Part shown: in pieces, positions 11,062 to 22,353 of the stretch
Layout: every line of letters starts with the position of its first letter
How positions within the stretch are numbered: position 1 is the stretch's first letter
DNA from: Geosiphon pyriformis uo1
Lineage: Eukaryota > Fungi > Glomeromycota
Length of the DNA: 64,000 nucleotides
Assembly: GCA_016748015.1 (NCBI GenBank)
Contig: JAAOMT010000470.1
Span: forward strand, 153,690-217,689
Direction of reading: 5' to 3'
Notes under the pieces: generated by a model
Told to the model about the DNA's origin: nothing
The model's input: the letters and a program-made list of their open reading frames with translations, nothing else
Database searches by the model: none
Translations under genes and position numbers: made by a program

Positions 11062-12444
11062 TCAATTTAACGTGTTGTTGTTGATAATAATGATTGGTTC
11101 CAGATCTCATGGAATCTCATCTGGTTGGACTAGTATTCTCTGTACTTCTAATAGGGGAATATTACTAGTAGATGGTAGTGTGATGTTGTGATATGGTTTC
11201 AGTCAATCTCCATGTGCTGCTTTGGTTAAAATTTTGTTATCCAATCTTAATTTGTAAGCTCCATTTTCTAGAATTTTTTCTATGTGAAATAGTCTATCTC
11301 ATTTGGGGTCAAATTTTCCACTCTATTGTTTTTTTGCTTTGGTATGATGTAGTAATACTTTGTCTCCAATCTTGAATTCAATTGGTTTGTCTGGTAGTTG
11401 ACTATTGTGTTTTTCTTTTTGTTTTTCTTGTAACTTTTGAATATTATCAGCTGCTTTTTTTTGTTTGTTTTTCAATGTTTCCATTAAGTCATATGTTCTT
11501 TTCAGCAATGTTTCTTGAAAATTTTCTTTTGTTATTGGTTCAGCTGGATATGTATTAATTTTTCTCTCTACTGGTAACGTTGCTGTTCTTTCATATACTA
11601 ATTCAAATGATGTTGCTTGTGTAGTATTTTGTTTTATTGTTCAATAAGCAAATAGTACTGATGGTATGAACAAATCTCAATCGTTCTGGTTTTCTTGGCT
11701 GAGCTTAGCTATTGCTTCACACAATGTTCTGTTGAATCTTTCTAATAATTCATTGGTTTGTGGATGGTATGATAATAATAATGGTCTCTTGATTCCGAAT
11801 TTTTGGCTCAATTTTGTTAATGTTCTGTTCACAAAATGAGTTCTTTGGTCTGATAATAATTCTTTTGGACATCCATGTTGACAAATCAAATCCTGATGAA
11901 TGAATTCGGCAACGGATTTTGCATCTGCTCTTTGAATTGCTTTCATCTCTGGCCATTTAGTAAGATAGTCCATAGCTACTGCTATGTATCTGTTTCCTCT
12001 GTTGGTGATTGTTAATAGTCTGACTAAATTAATTCCAATATGGTCAAATGGTTGTCCTACTTTGATTGGTCTTAACAGTTTACTGGGTTTCTTACCTCCT
12101 TTTCACTGACAGGCATCACAATTTTGAACATATTGGATAATGTCTGGATACATTGATGGCCAATAGTATCTTTTTCTGGTTCTTTCTATGGTTGCTTCTT
12201 TATAAAAATGTCCTGCTGTTGGATTTGAGTGCATGTTGAATAATATGGTTTCTTTTTCTGGCTCTGTAATTACTCTGGTTGGTTGATCTGGATCTTTTCT
12301 ATTTTTCTGATAAAGTATATTTTGGTGAGTGATAAAATATTTTGATTGTTGTTTGATACTCTTTCATTCCATTTGAGATAAATTCTCCTTGAACTGTTGA
12401 GTGTTTATACAATGTTTAAGTTGTTGATATTTTTGTATGTTCAT
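11062..12444 (-). pseudogene. E3 integrase (separate ORF)
   Basis: MNIQKYQQL start; DYLTKWPE, LLSDQ, PQTNELLERFNRTL; 1383 nt, as in E2 and E7. Confidence 0.93.
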
Positions 12445-12507
12445 CTTTTTGTTATATTTTTCGTTGGTATTGTTCTGGTTTTGTTATATTTTTGTGTTAA
12501 AATGTTC

Positions 12508-15500
12508 TTAGATTTGTCTCATTCATGACAAACCATTAGCATTTCCATTGTTTTTTCTTTTTTTGTAATGTATAGTATAATTGTATAGTACAAGTGCCAT
12601 TTTCTATCTTAACTGTCTTCCATCTTCAAATTCTTGTTTTTGGAGTGATATTAATCCCTTGTTATCTGTGTATACTTCAAACTTCTGGCTCAAGTATTTT
12701 TTCCATTTTATGACTGCCCAGTATATTGCTAAGTGTTCTTGTTCTGGTATTCCATAGTTCTTTTTGGCTGGTGTTAAACCTTTGCTGGTATATGCTACTG
12801 AATGTTCTCTGCCATCTAGTCCTTTCTGAAATAATACTGCTCCCAATGCTTGGCTGAATGCATTGGTGGTAATGATGAATGGTTTGCTGTGATTTGGATA
12901 AATCAGTACTGGAGCTTGAATGAGCTTTTTTTTCAAAATATCAAAAGCTTCTTGTTGATTTTCTGCCCATTCATATTTGGTATTCTTGGTTTGCAGTTGG
13001 TTGAGTGGCTGCACTATCTTGGAAAAGTTCTTGATAAAACGTCGATAGTAGCTGGTGAATCCCAAGAATGATTTCAGTTCTGTTATATTGGTGGGCACTG
13101 GAAAGTTTTTTACTATCTCTATTTTCTCTGGATCTGTTTTGATGCCGTCTTTGCTGACTATGTGTCCTAAGAATTTTAGTTCTGTCTTGCCAAAGAAGCA
13201 CTTTGTTGCATTTAACTTTAGTCCTGCTTTTTTTAGTCTTTCGAACACTTGTTGAAGATAATAAAGATGATCATCAAATGTTTTTGAGAATATGTTAGTG
13301 TCATCTAAGTATACAACTACTAATTTTCACAATAAGCCAATATAGACAATTTCTATTAACTATTGGAAAGTGGCTGGTGCATTGGTTAAACCAAATGGCA
13401 TTACTTCAAATTCAAAATTCCCTTCTCTCATGGTAAATGCCGTCTTCTCTTTGTCAGCTGGATCCATGGCCACTTGCCAGTAACTACTATCCAAGTCTAA
13501 TGTTGAGAACTATTTGTTCCCACCAAAAGCATCGAATAGTTCTTATATCTATGGAGTTGGATAATTGTCTCTATGGGTTACACTATTTAGTTTTCTGTAG
13601 TCCACACAAAATCGGATCTTTCCATTCTTCTTTCAGACAAGTACTACTGGTGACAACTATGGGCTCATTGATGGCTGAATTAACCCATTGTCAAGCATCC
13701 TGTTGATCTCTTAACGGATAATTTCATGGCTGGCTGGTGGTACTCTGTATGCTCGCTGTTTAATGGGCATTGCATTTTTAGTATTAATCTGATGCTGGGT
13801 GATGTCAGTTCAGCCAAACTCATTTTCGCTGGCAAAGATGTTATTGAACTGGTTGAGCAACATCTTGAGTTGCATATATTGGAGTGGATCTAAGTTTCCC
13901 ATGTTCATTTGTTCCAATTGTTCTGGTTGGAGCAAATAATATTCACTTCGTCTATATATTGTTTGTGATGTGATATTGACATATTCACAAAGTTGTGGAA
14001 AGTTTGGAATGGGGTTTGGTGGTTGACTCTCCATTTCAGTGTTTAAGTATCTAATAATGGTTCCGGCTGGTATTTTTATGATATTTCCTGTATTGTTGTA
14101 GATGGGAATTTTGATATGGCTGTAATCTTTGGCTGGTATGTGGAGATTAATGAGTCCAATTTTTCCTGATTCACAAAGACTGGCTTCTGCTTCAAAAATT
14201 TGTGCTTGGTCTTTTTCCTTTCTTTTTATTGCTAGCATATACTGGTTATATGGTAAAATGAAAATAGCTTAACCAGTTGAGATAATTTCTTCTTGGCCAA
14301 CAATTTTTTCCTTTGCCATATTAACTGGTATATCTATTCTATCTGTTGATCCAAATCCCTGTATTCCTCTCGCTGTTATTCCTAATTTCTTCCTCTTTCT
14401 CACTGATACTAACTGAGCTACTCTAACCAGAGGCAGGAATATTACCTGTGCTATCTTTTTGTTGGGCTCTATTATATAGGCCTTTTCTGAGTCATTTTGT
14501 AGCATAGCAATAATATTTCTTACATATTCTGTGTCAATTATTCTTTTTCTTATATTAATCCCTCTTTTTGCTAAACTACTCCTAAATGCTAATTGAACCA
14601 TTGTTGTTGCTGGAATTTCTAGTGCTACTTTCAGATCAATACAAGTGTGTGAATGTGGTTCCAATTTGATGGTCCTTTTTTTTCTGGATACCTCAGATCA
14701 AACCCTGCATCAGTATCATGCACATGTTCTGGCATAATACCTTCTCCATTGTTACTATACCATTTCAACTCTTGTTTCTTGGAGAGATCTGGTAGTGCAA
14801 TGTATTGTTCATAGTTTAAATTGGAGTTTAAATCTGAGTTTGAATCATCTTTGTTGTCATTGCTATTTTGAATGAAACTTGAACCATTGTTGTCATCGTT
14901 ATTGTCAGAGTTTGAATCGCGATTGATTAGCAATTCTAATTCTAATGCACAGCTGCTGATTGGTTCTTCTTTTTCAGGGATCATGTAGATTATACATGGT
15001 AGTGGATTGTAAATGAGATCACAATTGTCACAATATTCAAAGTCACTGGGAATTAAACAATGGCGACACAGTTTTGTATTTAACTGTACTAGCCATTGTT
15101 CTTGCTCTTCTCTAGTGGGTGCCTAGTTTTGATAGTGTTCATGGAACTCTTCTGGTTCCAGAAAATTTATGACTGGCTCTGCGTACCAGTTAAGCTCAAT
15201 GGATTCTGGTGGGTTGTTTTTAATTGTTCTGATTTCTTTTGGTGATGCACCTTCAATTTTGGTGGTTGCCATCTGCCATAATTCATCATTGTCATGTGAA
15301 CAACTGTCCAATTGCTGTACAGCTCTTCTCCAGGTGGCTTCTATGGGTGTTCCTTTCTCGACCCAGTTGCTGATAAGGATTGTGTATTGACAGAACACAT
15401 TGCATGTTTCTTCTCTTTCCAGAATGTCATTTCACATTCCTTCATCTAGCAAAGTCTCCTCACAAATGAGACAAGGTTGGCTATCCCATTTTCCTTGCCT

Positions 15501-18500
15501 CTTTGGTCATCCAAAGCATTCGAGTAAGCATGAATGACAGTAGAACTTTGTTGTGGTGTGGTATTCATTATTGTTGCTACAGCATGCACCCATTGACAAC
15601 AGTTTTTTGTTGCAATCAATGCACACAAGCCTTGGCCATTAATAATTAGATTGTTGTGGAGTGTGGTGGGTGTAGGAATTATAAATGATGGTGGTTGGTA
15701 GTGTTCTTTCTTTCTTTTCTTTTTTTTTTCCCTTATCTTCATTCCATTCCCAATTGGAAGCTTCTTCTTGTTTGTTGTCAGTCCAAGTCAGATCATCAGT
15801 TTCCCAGGTAAGTTCATTTCTCTGCTTTCCTTTCCCGTTGTTGTCCCAAGAGAGTATTGGTGGCAGCTCGTTGTGTTCTTCATCAGCCCATGACACTTGG
15901 TAGGCTTCCCAGGTAGGTTTTGGTTTTTTTTCTTCAAAGTCAATTAGTGGTGCCATGGTGTTGGTAATTTTGAAGTGGCCACATGTTGCTAGTACACGTG
16001 TGTGTCACCCATTCTGGCTGAGTTGGAGCTCTTGTGTATTCCAGTCCAGAGTGGCATTCGTCTTGGACAGCCAGTCATTACCAACTAGAGCTTGGTATTG
16101 AGTGGCTTTCATAATGAGTACTTTGATTGGTACTATGATGCCATTAATTTTGATTGGTAAGTCATCAATTTCGCTGATTGGAGTCTTGGTTGCTCTATCA
16201 GCCGTAATGATTCTAGTGCTAGCAGCTCAATCAACTCGGCAACCTAATTGATTCATGAGTTGTTGTGTGATGATGCTGCCTACTGAACCACTGTTAAGAA
16301 TTAGTTTGATGTGATGGCCATTAATTTTCACATCAGTATACATGGCAGTAATTGGTTTTTCTTCTAGTACAGCTCCACTAAATAATGACATGTTTGATGG
16401 TTCCTCGAGTTCGAATGGAAAAATGGCGTCCAGTGATTTGTTGTTGGTGACTGTTGCAGATGGAATATTGCTGGTACATGTTTGTTGTTTTTGGGTGGGT
16501 TTTTGGTTGCTGGGTGAGGCATCTTCTGGGGTAACCAGAAGACTTAAATAGTTCTGGGAATTTGGGTTTTAGGGATTTCCGGCACCTGAATTCTATTAAC
16601 AAGATCCTGTTTAACTGAAAAGGCTGGAGATCGGCTGATGAACTACCATCGACAATCTCCAGTTTTGCTGTGTGATTCTCGGCCTTTGGACTCTACTGAC
16701 CAGTAAGTTTTGTGGTAGGATCTAAATTGTTTGGGGTTGATAGATTGTTGGCAGTTATGGTTGATACATTATCTGTGGCTATTGCTGATAAATTGGGGTC
16801 ATTGGTTGATAAATTGGCGCTTGATATACTGGTAGTTAATAAATTAATTGCTGTGTCATTGGCAGATAAGTAGTTTGATATTGTGTTGAGTTTGATTGAT
16901 GATTTGGAGTTGAGAACTGGCAATTGGGGTTTTTGATATTGATTTCCCAATCATTGGTTATTTAAACACTAGTGGCAGTCGATTTAAATATGTCCTTGTT
17001 TACCACAATAGTGGCAGATATGTGTTTCCTGTTGCCACTGTTGATTGGTTGATGAAGATAGACATGGTTGATTTTGGCCACAAGTAGAGTTTCCTTGATT
17101 GTTGCGTCGTTGTGGAGGCTGATAAATAGCATAATTGTCAGTTAAGTATCTTTCCAATCTCTTATTGATTGATTCACTGAACTTTTCCAATTTGGAATCC
17201 AATTCAGATGATCCATTCATTACTAGATTAACGGCTTGAGCGTGATTAGCCTCTGACTCAGCAGATTCAAAATCTCTGGCATGTGTGACTGCATCTTGAA
17301 GAGTGCCTGGATGCAACAGACGTACATGTTGTAAGATGCTGCTGCGCAGACCATGGATAAACTGATTGAGTATCTGTGGTGCTGTGAAATAGTTGGTGTC
17401 AATTGCTTGAATTTGGTGTAGGTTTTAATAGAAGCGTCCCAAGTAAGTGGTAACTGCTTCAGTTTCTCCTTGTTTCATGGTGGTGAATGCATTGACTAGG
17501 GGATTGATGCTGTTATTGTTGCTGAAGTATCTTAGGAATTCCACTTTAAAGGCATTAAAATCTTGTGGTTTATTAATCAAACTCTGATACCATGAATCAG
17601 CAGTATCTTTGAGAAAGTAGGGAATGGCTTGTATTGCTCAAGCATCATTCCATCCATTGGCTGCGATGGCTTTTTCTACATCATTCAGCCATATTTGAGT
17701 GTCATCTTCTTAGCCCATAAAGTTGTCAAGTTTTGCGATTGGTGCGTAGGCCATTAGATCTAAGTTAGGTGGTTGTGGTGGCTATTGAAGCAGTTGTTGT
17801 TGTCCTGGCTGTTGGGGTGATAGCTGAAGTGGCTGCTGTATGGGTTCAGCTATGAGATTAATCGGCAGTTGATCAATGACGATTACCAAAAGTAAGTTTT
17901 GCTGATTATTTAATTCAGGATTTGAATTGTTCTGCCTTTGATGATTTGGAGTTTTGATTTCCGAAATTTCTAGATTTAGATTTTGCTAAGCTTGAAAATT
18001 TGGGGTTTCAACTTCTGGGTTTTCAGTGATCAGGTTTTGGTAAGTAAATTCTTGATCTTCCAATTCTTCTTCCTCTTCTTCTTTAGATAGTTCCCACGGG
18101 GTAGTGGTTTCAAAGTCTGGTTGAGGCAGCAGTAATTGAATTCTTGATGGAGTTGGTAATTGTGATTTAAATCCTTCAAAATATGCTCCATATGGTCTTA
18201 GTAAGTCTTCTTTCTATTGTTTGTTTTGGAACTGAAATCTTCCAATGTTGATGTCACATTTGAAGTGGACACGTCTACTGATAAGATATTGATGGCACTT
18301 CCAGATGTGTAGTGATATGATAGAGCAGTTGGTAATTCTACTCTGTGTTTCTTTTAACTAGATAACTATATTCCTTTTGGTATTGCTGCTGGTGTTTGTA
18401 TTCTTCCTTTATCTTTGTCTGCGTAGGTAATGGAAAATTGTTGTTGAGTGTACTTTTCAATAGTTTGGTTGATTTTCCTGATTATTGGTGCAAAACTATA

Positions 18501-18774
18501 GTTCCTTGGTAAGTTGGTGTGTTGAAATAATTCTGTGTAAAAGTTTTCTCTTGCTGCTTTAATGTTAACTGTTCCTCCTAAGCATTTAGTGATTTTGTGA
18601 TTGACATAAAAGTTGAAAGCTGATTCGGCTGGGTAATGATTACTGTTTAATCCTAATTGTTGGCTGTATTGTTAAAACAAGGATTTCGCAAATCCTAAAT
18701 GGTTTGCTTCTATATTTTCTGATTCTGCCACTTTTGGTTTGGTGTTGTTGATGCTGGTTTTCCATAGGATTATA
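12508..18774 (-). pseudogene. E3 ORF1 polyprotein (gag-PR-Cys-rich-dUTPase-RT-RNase H)
   Basis: Track ORFs 16984-17316 (gag CCHC), 15123-15956 (Cys-rich region), 14269-14984 (dUTPase, GIQGFGST), 12604-13248 (RT/RNase H). Confidence 0.93.
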
Positions 18775-18793
18775 CCTCACAGGGAGCACCAAA

Positions 18794-19626
18794 TGTTACA
18801 GGTAATTATTTCTGCTGTTGAATTAAATAACAACCTGTAACTTGGTGCTCAAAAGCTACTTCCATTGATGATGTTCTGCAAGTGTTGTATCTGAAGGTTT
18901 TGATGGAATTCTTTGTATAATGAACAGAGATTCAATAGTGTCGATAGTAAATGTATCTTTCCAAGAGTTTTCCCAATTTCTTTTTCAGCATGGTGGCCAG
19001 ATTTAGTCTGGCAGTCATGCCCTTCTGATAAGCTATCCAATAATATATAAAATTCCACCCTTATTTCTGGATCTTTTACCAGGCTATCCTTGACGTCAAT
19101 AACTCAGTGCTTTATTTCTTAATCAATTAGTATACAACAACAAAATCAAAGAAAGAAAGAAAATAAAATAAAGAAACTAAAATAAGAAAATAGAGAAAAT
19201 AAGCCAAGGCAATTTGGTACGTTAGTATCTCATCAATAGCTGTTCTCAAAAGCTATTGTTCCAGCATGGTTAAGTATCAATTACTATCAATATGAAGTGT
19301 TGATAGTGGAGAGTGGTTTTGAAATATGAAATATTTATTTATTTGATGATTTGTGTTTCTGGGCTAAGGATTCTGTCATATCAATTCTGTCTTTTCTGTT
19401 TCTAACACTACTGCTATATATACATAATTGAGATTCCTTAATTCCTCAATTTTTCATGACATGAATCCTGGAATTCCTGGAATCCTGTAATTTCTCATTA
19501 GAGAATCCTGAAATTCCTGGAATTCTGCAATTCCTGAGAGGAATTCTGGAATTCCACATTTACTATGCCTACTTCTGATTGGCTAATAATTATGCTAATA
19601 TATTTCCTATATTTCTATGAGTAATA
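18794..19626 (-). repeat. E3 5' LTR
   Basis: Followed on the minus strand by TT and the PBS at 18775-18791. Confidence 0.95.
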
Positions 19627-19630
19627 CCAA

Positions 19631-20210
19631 TATGACAGAACTGAAATCATTCTTGAAATTCGCTAGCTACTATCAACGTTTTATCAAAAACTTTTCCAAG
19701 ATAGTGCAACCACTTAACTAACTGCAAACCAAGAATACCAAATATGAATAGGCAGAAAATCAACAAGAAGCTTTTGACATTTTGAAAAGAAAGCTTATTT
19801 AAACTCCAGTACTAATTTATCCAGATCACAGCAAACCATTCATCATCATCACCAATGCATCTGGCCAAACATTGAGAGCAGTATTATTTCAGAGAGAACC
19901 AGATGGCAGAGAACATCCAATAGCATATGCTAGCAAAGGTTTAACACCAGCCAAAAAGAACTATAGAACACCGGAACAAGAACACTTAGCAATATACTGG
20001 ACAGTCATGAAATGGAAAGAATACTTGAGCCAGAAGTTTGAAGTATACACAGATCACAAAGGATTAACATCACTTCAAAAACAAGAATTTGGAGATGGAA
20101 GACAGTTAAGATAGAAAATGGCACTTGTACTATACAATTATACTATACATTACAAAAAAAGAAAAAACAACAGAAATGCTAATGGTTTGTCATGAATAAG
20201 ACAAATCTAA
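19631..20210 (+). pseudogene. pol: E2 RT thumb/RNase H (resumes after E3)
   Basis: ELKSFL, TNASG..LRAVL, HPIAYASK, EQEHLAI, VYTDHKGL; ends QI-TAA at 20208-20210. Confidence 0.92.
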
Positions 20211-20273
20211 GAACATTTTAACACAAAAATATAACAAAACCAGAACAATACCAACAAAAAAATACAACAAAAG

Positions 20274-21656
20274 ATGAACATACAAAAATACCAACAATTG
20301 CAACATTATATAAACACTCAACAGTTCAAGGAGAATTTATCTCAAACGGAACGAAAAAGTATCAAACAACAATTAAAATATTTTATCACTCACCAAAATA
20401 TACTTTATTAAAAAAATAGAAGGGATCCAGATCAACCAACCAGAGTAATTACAGAGCTAGAAAAAGAGACTATATTATTTAACATGCACTCAAATCTAAC
20501 AGCAGGACATTTTTACAAAGAAGCAACCATAGAAAGAACCAAAAAGAGATACTATTAGCCATCAATATACCCAGACATCATTCAATATGTTCAAAATTGT
20601 GATGCTTGTCAGCAAAGAGGAGGAACAAAACCCAGTGAACCGTTAAAACCAATCAAAGTAGGACAACCATTCGACCATATTGGAATTGATTTAGTCGGAC
20701 CATTAACAATTACCAACAGAAGAAACAGATACATAGCAGTAGCTATAGACTATCTCACTAAATGGCCAGAGGCAAAAGCAATTCAAAGAGCGGATGCAGA
20801 ATCCGTTGCCGAATTCATTCATCAGAATTTGATTTGTCAACATAGATGTCCAAAAGAATTATTATCAGACCAAAGAACTCATTTTGTGAACAGAACATTA
20901 ACAGAATTGAGCCAAAGATTCAGAATTAAGAGACCATTATCATTACCATACCATCCACAAACCAACGGATTAGTAGAAAGATTCAACAGAACATTGTGTG
21001 AAGCAATAGCTAAGCTCAGCCAAGAAAACCAGAATGATTGGAATTTGTTCATACCATCAGTACTATTTGCTTATTGGACAATAAAACAAGATACTACACA
21101 AGCAACACCATTTGAATTAGTGTATGAAAGAACAGCAATGTTACCAGTAGAGAGAAAAATTAATACATATCTAGCTGAACCAATAACAGAAGAAAATTTT
21201 CAAGAAACATTGCTGAAAAGAACATATGACTTAATGGAAACATTGAAAAACAAACAAAGAAGAGCAGCTGATAATATTCAAAAGTCACAAGAAAAACAGA
21301 AAAAAAGACACAATAGTCAACTACCAGACAAACCAGTTGAATTCAAAATTAGAGACAAAGTATTACTACATTGTACCAATGTGGAAAAACAATGGAGTAG
21401 AAAATTTGACCCCAAATGGGATGGACCATTTCACATAGAAGAAATTCTAGGAAATGGAGCTTACAAATTAAGATTGGATAACAAAATTTTAACCAAAGCA
21501 GCACATAGAGATTGACTGAAACTATATCGCAACATCACACTACCATCTACCAGTAATATTCCACAATTAGGAGTACAGAAAATACTAGTCCAACCAGATG
21601 AGATTCCATGAGATCTGGAACCAATCATTATTATTAACAATAACACATTAAATTAA
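20274..21656 (+). pseudogene. E2 integrase, stand-alone ORF (460 codons; HHCC, DDE, GPF; no chromodomain)
   Basis: ATG 20274; H...GHF...CDAC; GIDLVGPL; LLSDQ; QTNGLVERFNRTL; WDGPF. Confidence 0.95.
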
Positions 21657-21669
21657 TCTATTAAAAGAA

Positions 21670-21678
21670 TATATAAAG
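21670..21678 (+). promoter_or_regulatory. Candidate internal TATA box upstream of ORF3
   Basis: TATATAAAG between the integrase stop and the ORF3 ATG; TATA-like motif at the same place in all seven copies. Confidence 0.45.
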
Positions 21679-21710
21679 ACATGGTAGATGCAACAGGAAA
21701 TATCAGAAAA

Positions 21711-22340
21711 ATGGAAATTACAGACAACATTCACTCACTAGCACAACAACTCTTTCAATTAATCCAATACCAGAAAATGGAGATTACAATCAATCAACAA
21801 ACTATTCGATATCAAGATACTAGAAAGACATTGCAACTCAGAACATAAAAGAAAACTGAAAATACTGTGGACAAAATCATTGCAAAAGTAAAATTAGCAA
21901 TAAAAGAGTCAACAAAAGAGTCACTATATCAAGAGTTGACTAAAGAAACTTGGAATTGGTGGATACAACAATTTCCACGAAACTATTGTTATTTTTACTT
22001 GGGACAACATATAAATATCCAGAATCTATATACGGATAAAACAAAGTGATTATTCGACAAAAGAATACTACAACAATTAGAACATTTTGTGGGAAAGAAC
22101 AACTTATCCACACAGGCCCGAGCCATATACCAAATACACACAACATTTCAGGATAAACCAGAAATATTGCTCAACAAAGCAATAGATATGGTTACCAGTA
22201 ATCAATTGGGAAAGATCACTAATGCTCAATTTGAAAAATTACAGACCCAAATAACACAAGTAATTCTCGAAAATAAAATCTAAGAAATACTTCAAGAGGG
22301 GGAATTAAATGAGTTGGATTTCAATAGAGCTCAATATTAA
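21711..22340 (+). pseudogene. E2 ORF3: 209-aa accessory protein of unknown function in the env position
   Basis: One frame from MEITDNIH to RAQY-TAA with three premature stops; track ORFs 21867-22049 and 22089-22283. Confidence 0.88.
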
Positions 22341-22353
22341 AAGGAGGGAATAA
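22339..22353 (+). promoter_or_regulatory. Polypurine tract AAAAGGAGGGAATAA
   Basis: Directly precedes the 3' LTR TG. Confidence 0.92.

Larger units (their letters stand above)
9518..19626 (-). mobile_element. E3: full-length Ty3/Gypsy element, family A, inserted antisense into E2 RT
   Basis: LTRs 9518-10365 and 18794-19626; PBS 18775-18791; PPT 10366-10380; flanks CTGA (9514-9517) and CCAA (19627-19630); E2 frame NFPVLTD/MTELKSF rejoins across the insertion. Confidence 0.96.

Noticed and set aside
10985-11375. Hydrophobic antisense ORFs (also 51787-52068, 55889-56128, 60182-60382)
   Set aside because: Shadows of A-rich coding strands, with inconsistent starts and stops between copies.
21400-21656. 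Chromodomain at the integrase C-terminus
   Set aside because: Only a GPF/SH3-like module and a short tail; no Y-L-V-K-W or WE chromo motifs.
21681-21710. Upstream ATG as the ORF3 start
   Set aside because: Paralogs have ACA or ATA there, consistent with decay of ACG; the downstream Met (21711) aligns with the family B start.
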